Source of the DNA: Marine Group I thaumarchaeote | GTDB taxonomy: Archaea > Thermoproteota > Nitrososphaeria > Nitrososphaerales > Nitrosopumilaceae | Assembly: GCA_044358425.1 (NCBI GenBank) | Contig: CP054849.1 | Coordinates: 1,263,080-1,311,940, forward strand | DNA: 48,861 bases | Reading direction: 5' to 3' | Shown here: one piece after another, positions 48,389-48,861 of the stretch | Numbering within the stretch: position 1 is the stretch's first letter | Layout of the letters: the number at the start of each line of letters is the position of its first letter | The notes under the pieces: model-generated | Seen by the model: the letters and a program-made list of their open reading frames with translations, nothing else | Database searches by the model: none | What the model was told of the DNA's origin: nothing | Made by a program: the position numbers and the translations under genes

Positions 48389-48861
48389 GTGACTACTGCA
48401 AACATTGAAACTAATCATGGAAAAATTTCATTTGAATTATTACCAGACTTGGCTCCAGAAACTGTTAGAAATTTTGAAAAATTAACTAAAGATGGATTTT
48501 ATGACGGAACACTATTTCACAGAGTAATTCCAGGATTTATGATTCAAGGAGGAGACCCAAATACAAAAACTGACAATAAGGGTTCCTGGGGAATGGGAGG
48601 ACCAGGATATAACGTAAAAGCAGAATTTAGTTCAAGATCACATTTACGAGGAATTGTTTCAATGGCAAGAGCACAAGATCCAGATAGTGCAGGCTCACAA
48701 TTCTTCATTGTCACATCCGATAGTGCATTTTTAGATAGACAATACACAGTATTTGGTCAAGTCAAAGAAGGAATGGATGTAGCAGACAAAATTGTTAACA
48801 TGGATAAGGATGGAAATGATTGTCCATTAGAAAAAGTCGTTATGACAAAAGTAACTTTAGA
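48389..48861 (+). CDS. Cyclophilin-type peptidyl-prolyl isomerase (3' end runs off the window; absent from the ORF track)
   Basis: Manual translation from GTG: TTANIETNHGKI...APETVRNF...FYDGTLFHRVIPGFMIQGGDP...SMARAQDPDSAGSQFFI. Confidence 0.95.
   Translation, partial: MTTANIETNHGKISFELLPDLAPETVRNFEKLTKDGFYDGTLFHRVIPGFMIQGGDPNTKTDNKGSWGMGGPGYNVKAEFSSRSHLRGIVSMARAQDPDSAGSQFFIVTSDSAFLDRQYTVFGQVKEGMDVADKIVNMDKDGNDCPLEKVVMTKVTL

Noticed and set aside
48544-48747. Minus-strand 67-aa ORF
   Set aside because: Antisense shadow of the cyclophilin gene.

Overview
An AT-rich, gene-dense chromosomal segment of a marine ammonia-oxidising archaeon (Nitrososphaerota/Thaumarchaeota, Nitrosopumilus-like). 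The assignment is inferred from the split A1Ao ATP synthase cluster with an embedded amt, the archaeal PoK/PPS CoA pathway, egsA, aCPSF1, psmB, SepF, a CFI-box-CTERM surface protein and a BHB-intron tRNA. It is mostly core genome: pyrB/pyrI, ATP synthase K/D/B/A/E/I/C, rhodanese, Amt, pyrH/HD/tmk, Hsp20, UbiB kinase, a LolCDE/MacB-type ABC + COG1361 module, PhoU, the CoA operon, RNA-processing genes, bluB + FMN reductase, and two tRNAs. I found no CRISPR array, integrase or transposase. The most interesting signals lie below the ORF-track cutoff or in motif details. Unannotated microproteins: a 41-aa Cys/His-rich metallothionein-like protein (47271-47396), a 43-aa ORF coupled inside the ATP synthase operon (4043-4174), a 36-aa single-TM peptide with its own promoter and terminator (16163-16273) and a 56-aa Zn-ribbon+TM protein (20012-20182). 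Motif-level oddities: a catalytically degenerate solo Cas4-like Fe-S protein behind atpC, an ABC ATPase that probably starts at CTG, a tRNA-Arg with a D-loop intron, a tRNA-Val with C33, and an intergenic G-U-rich hairpin. All calls come from manual motif reading; no database searches were run.
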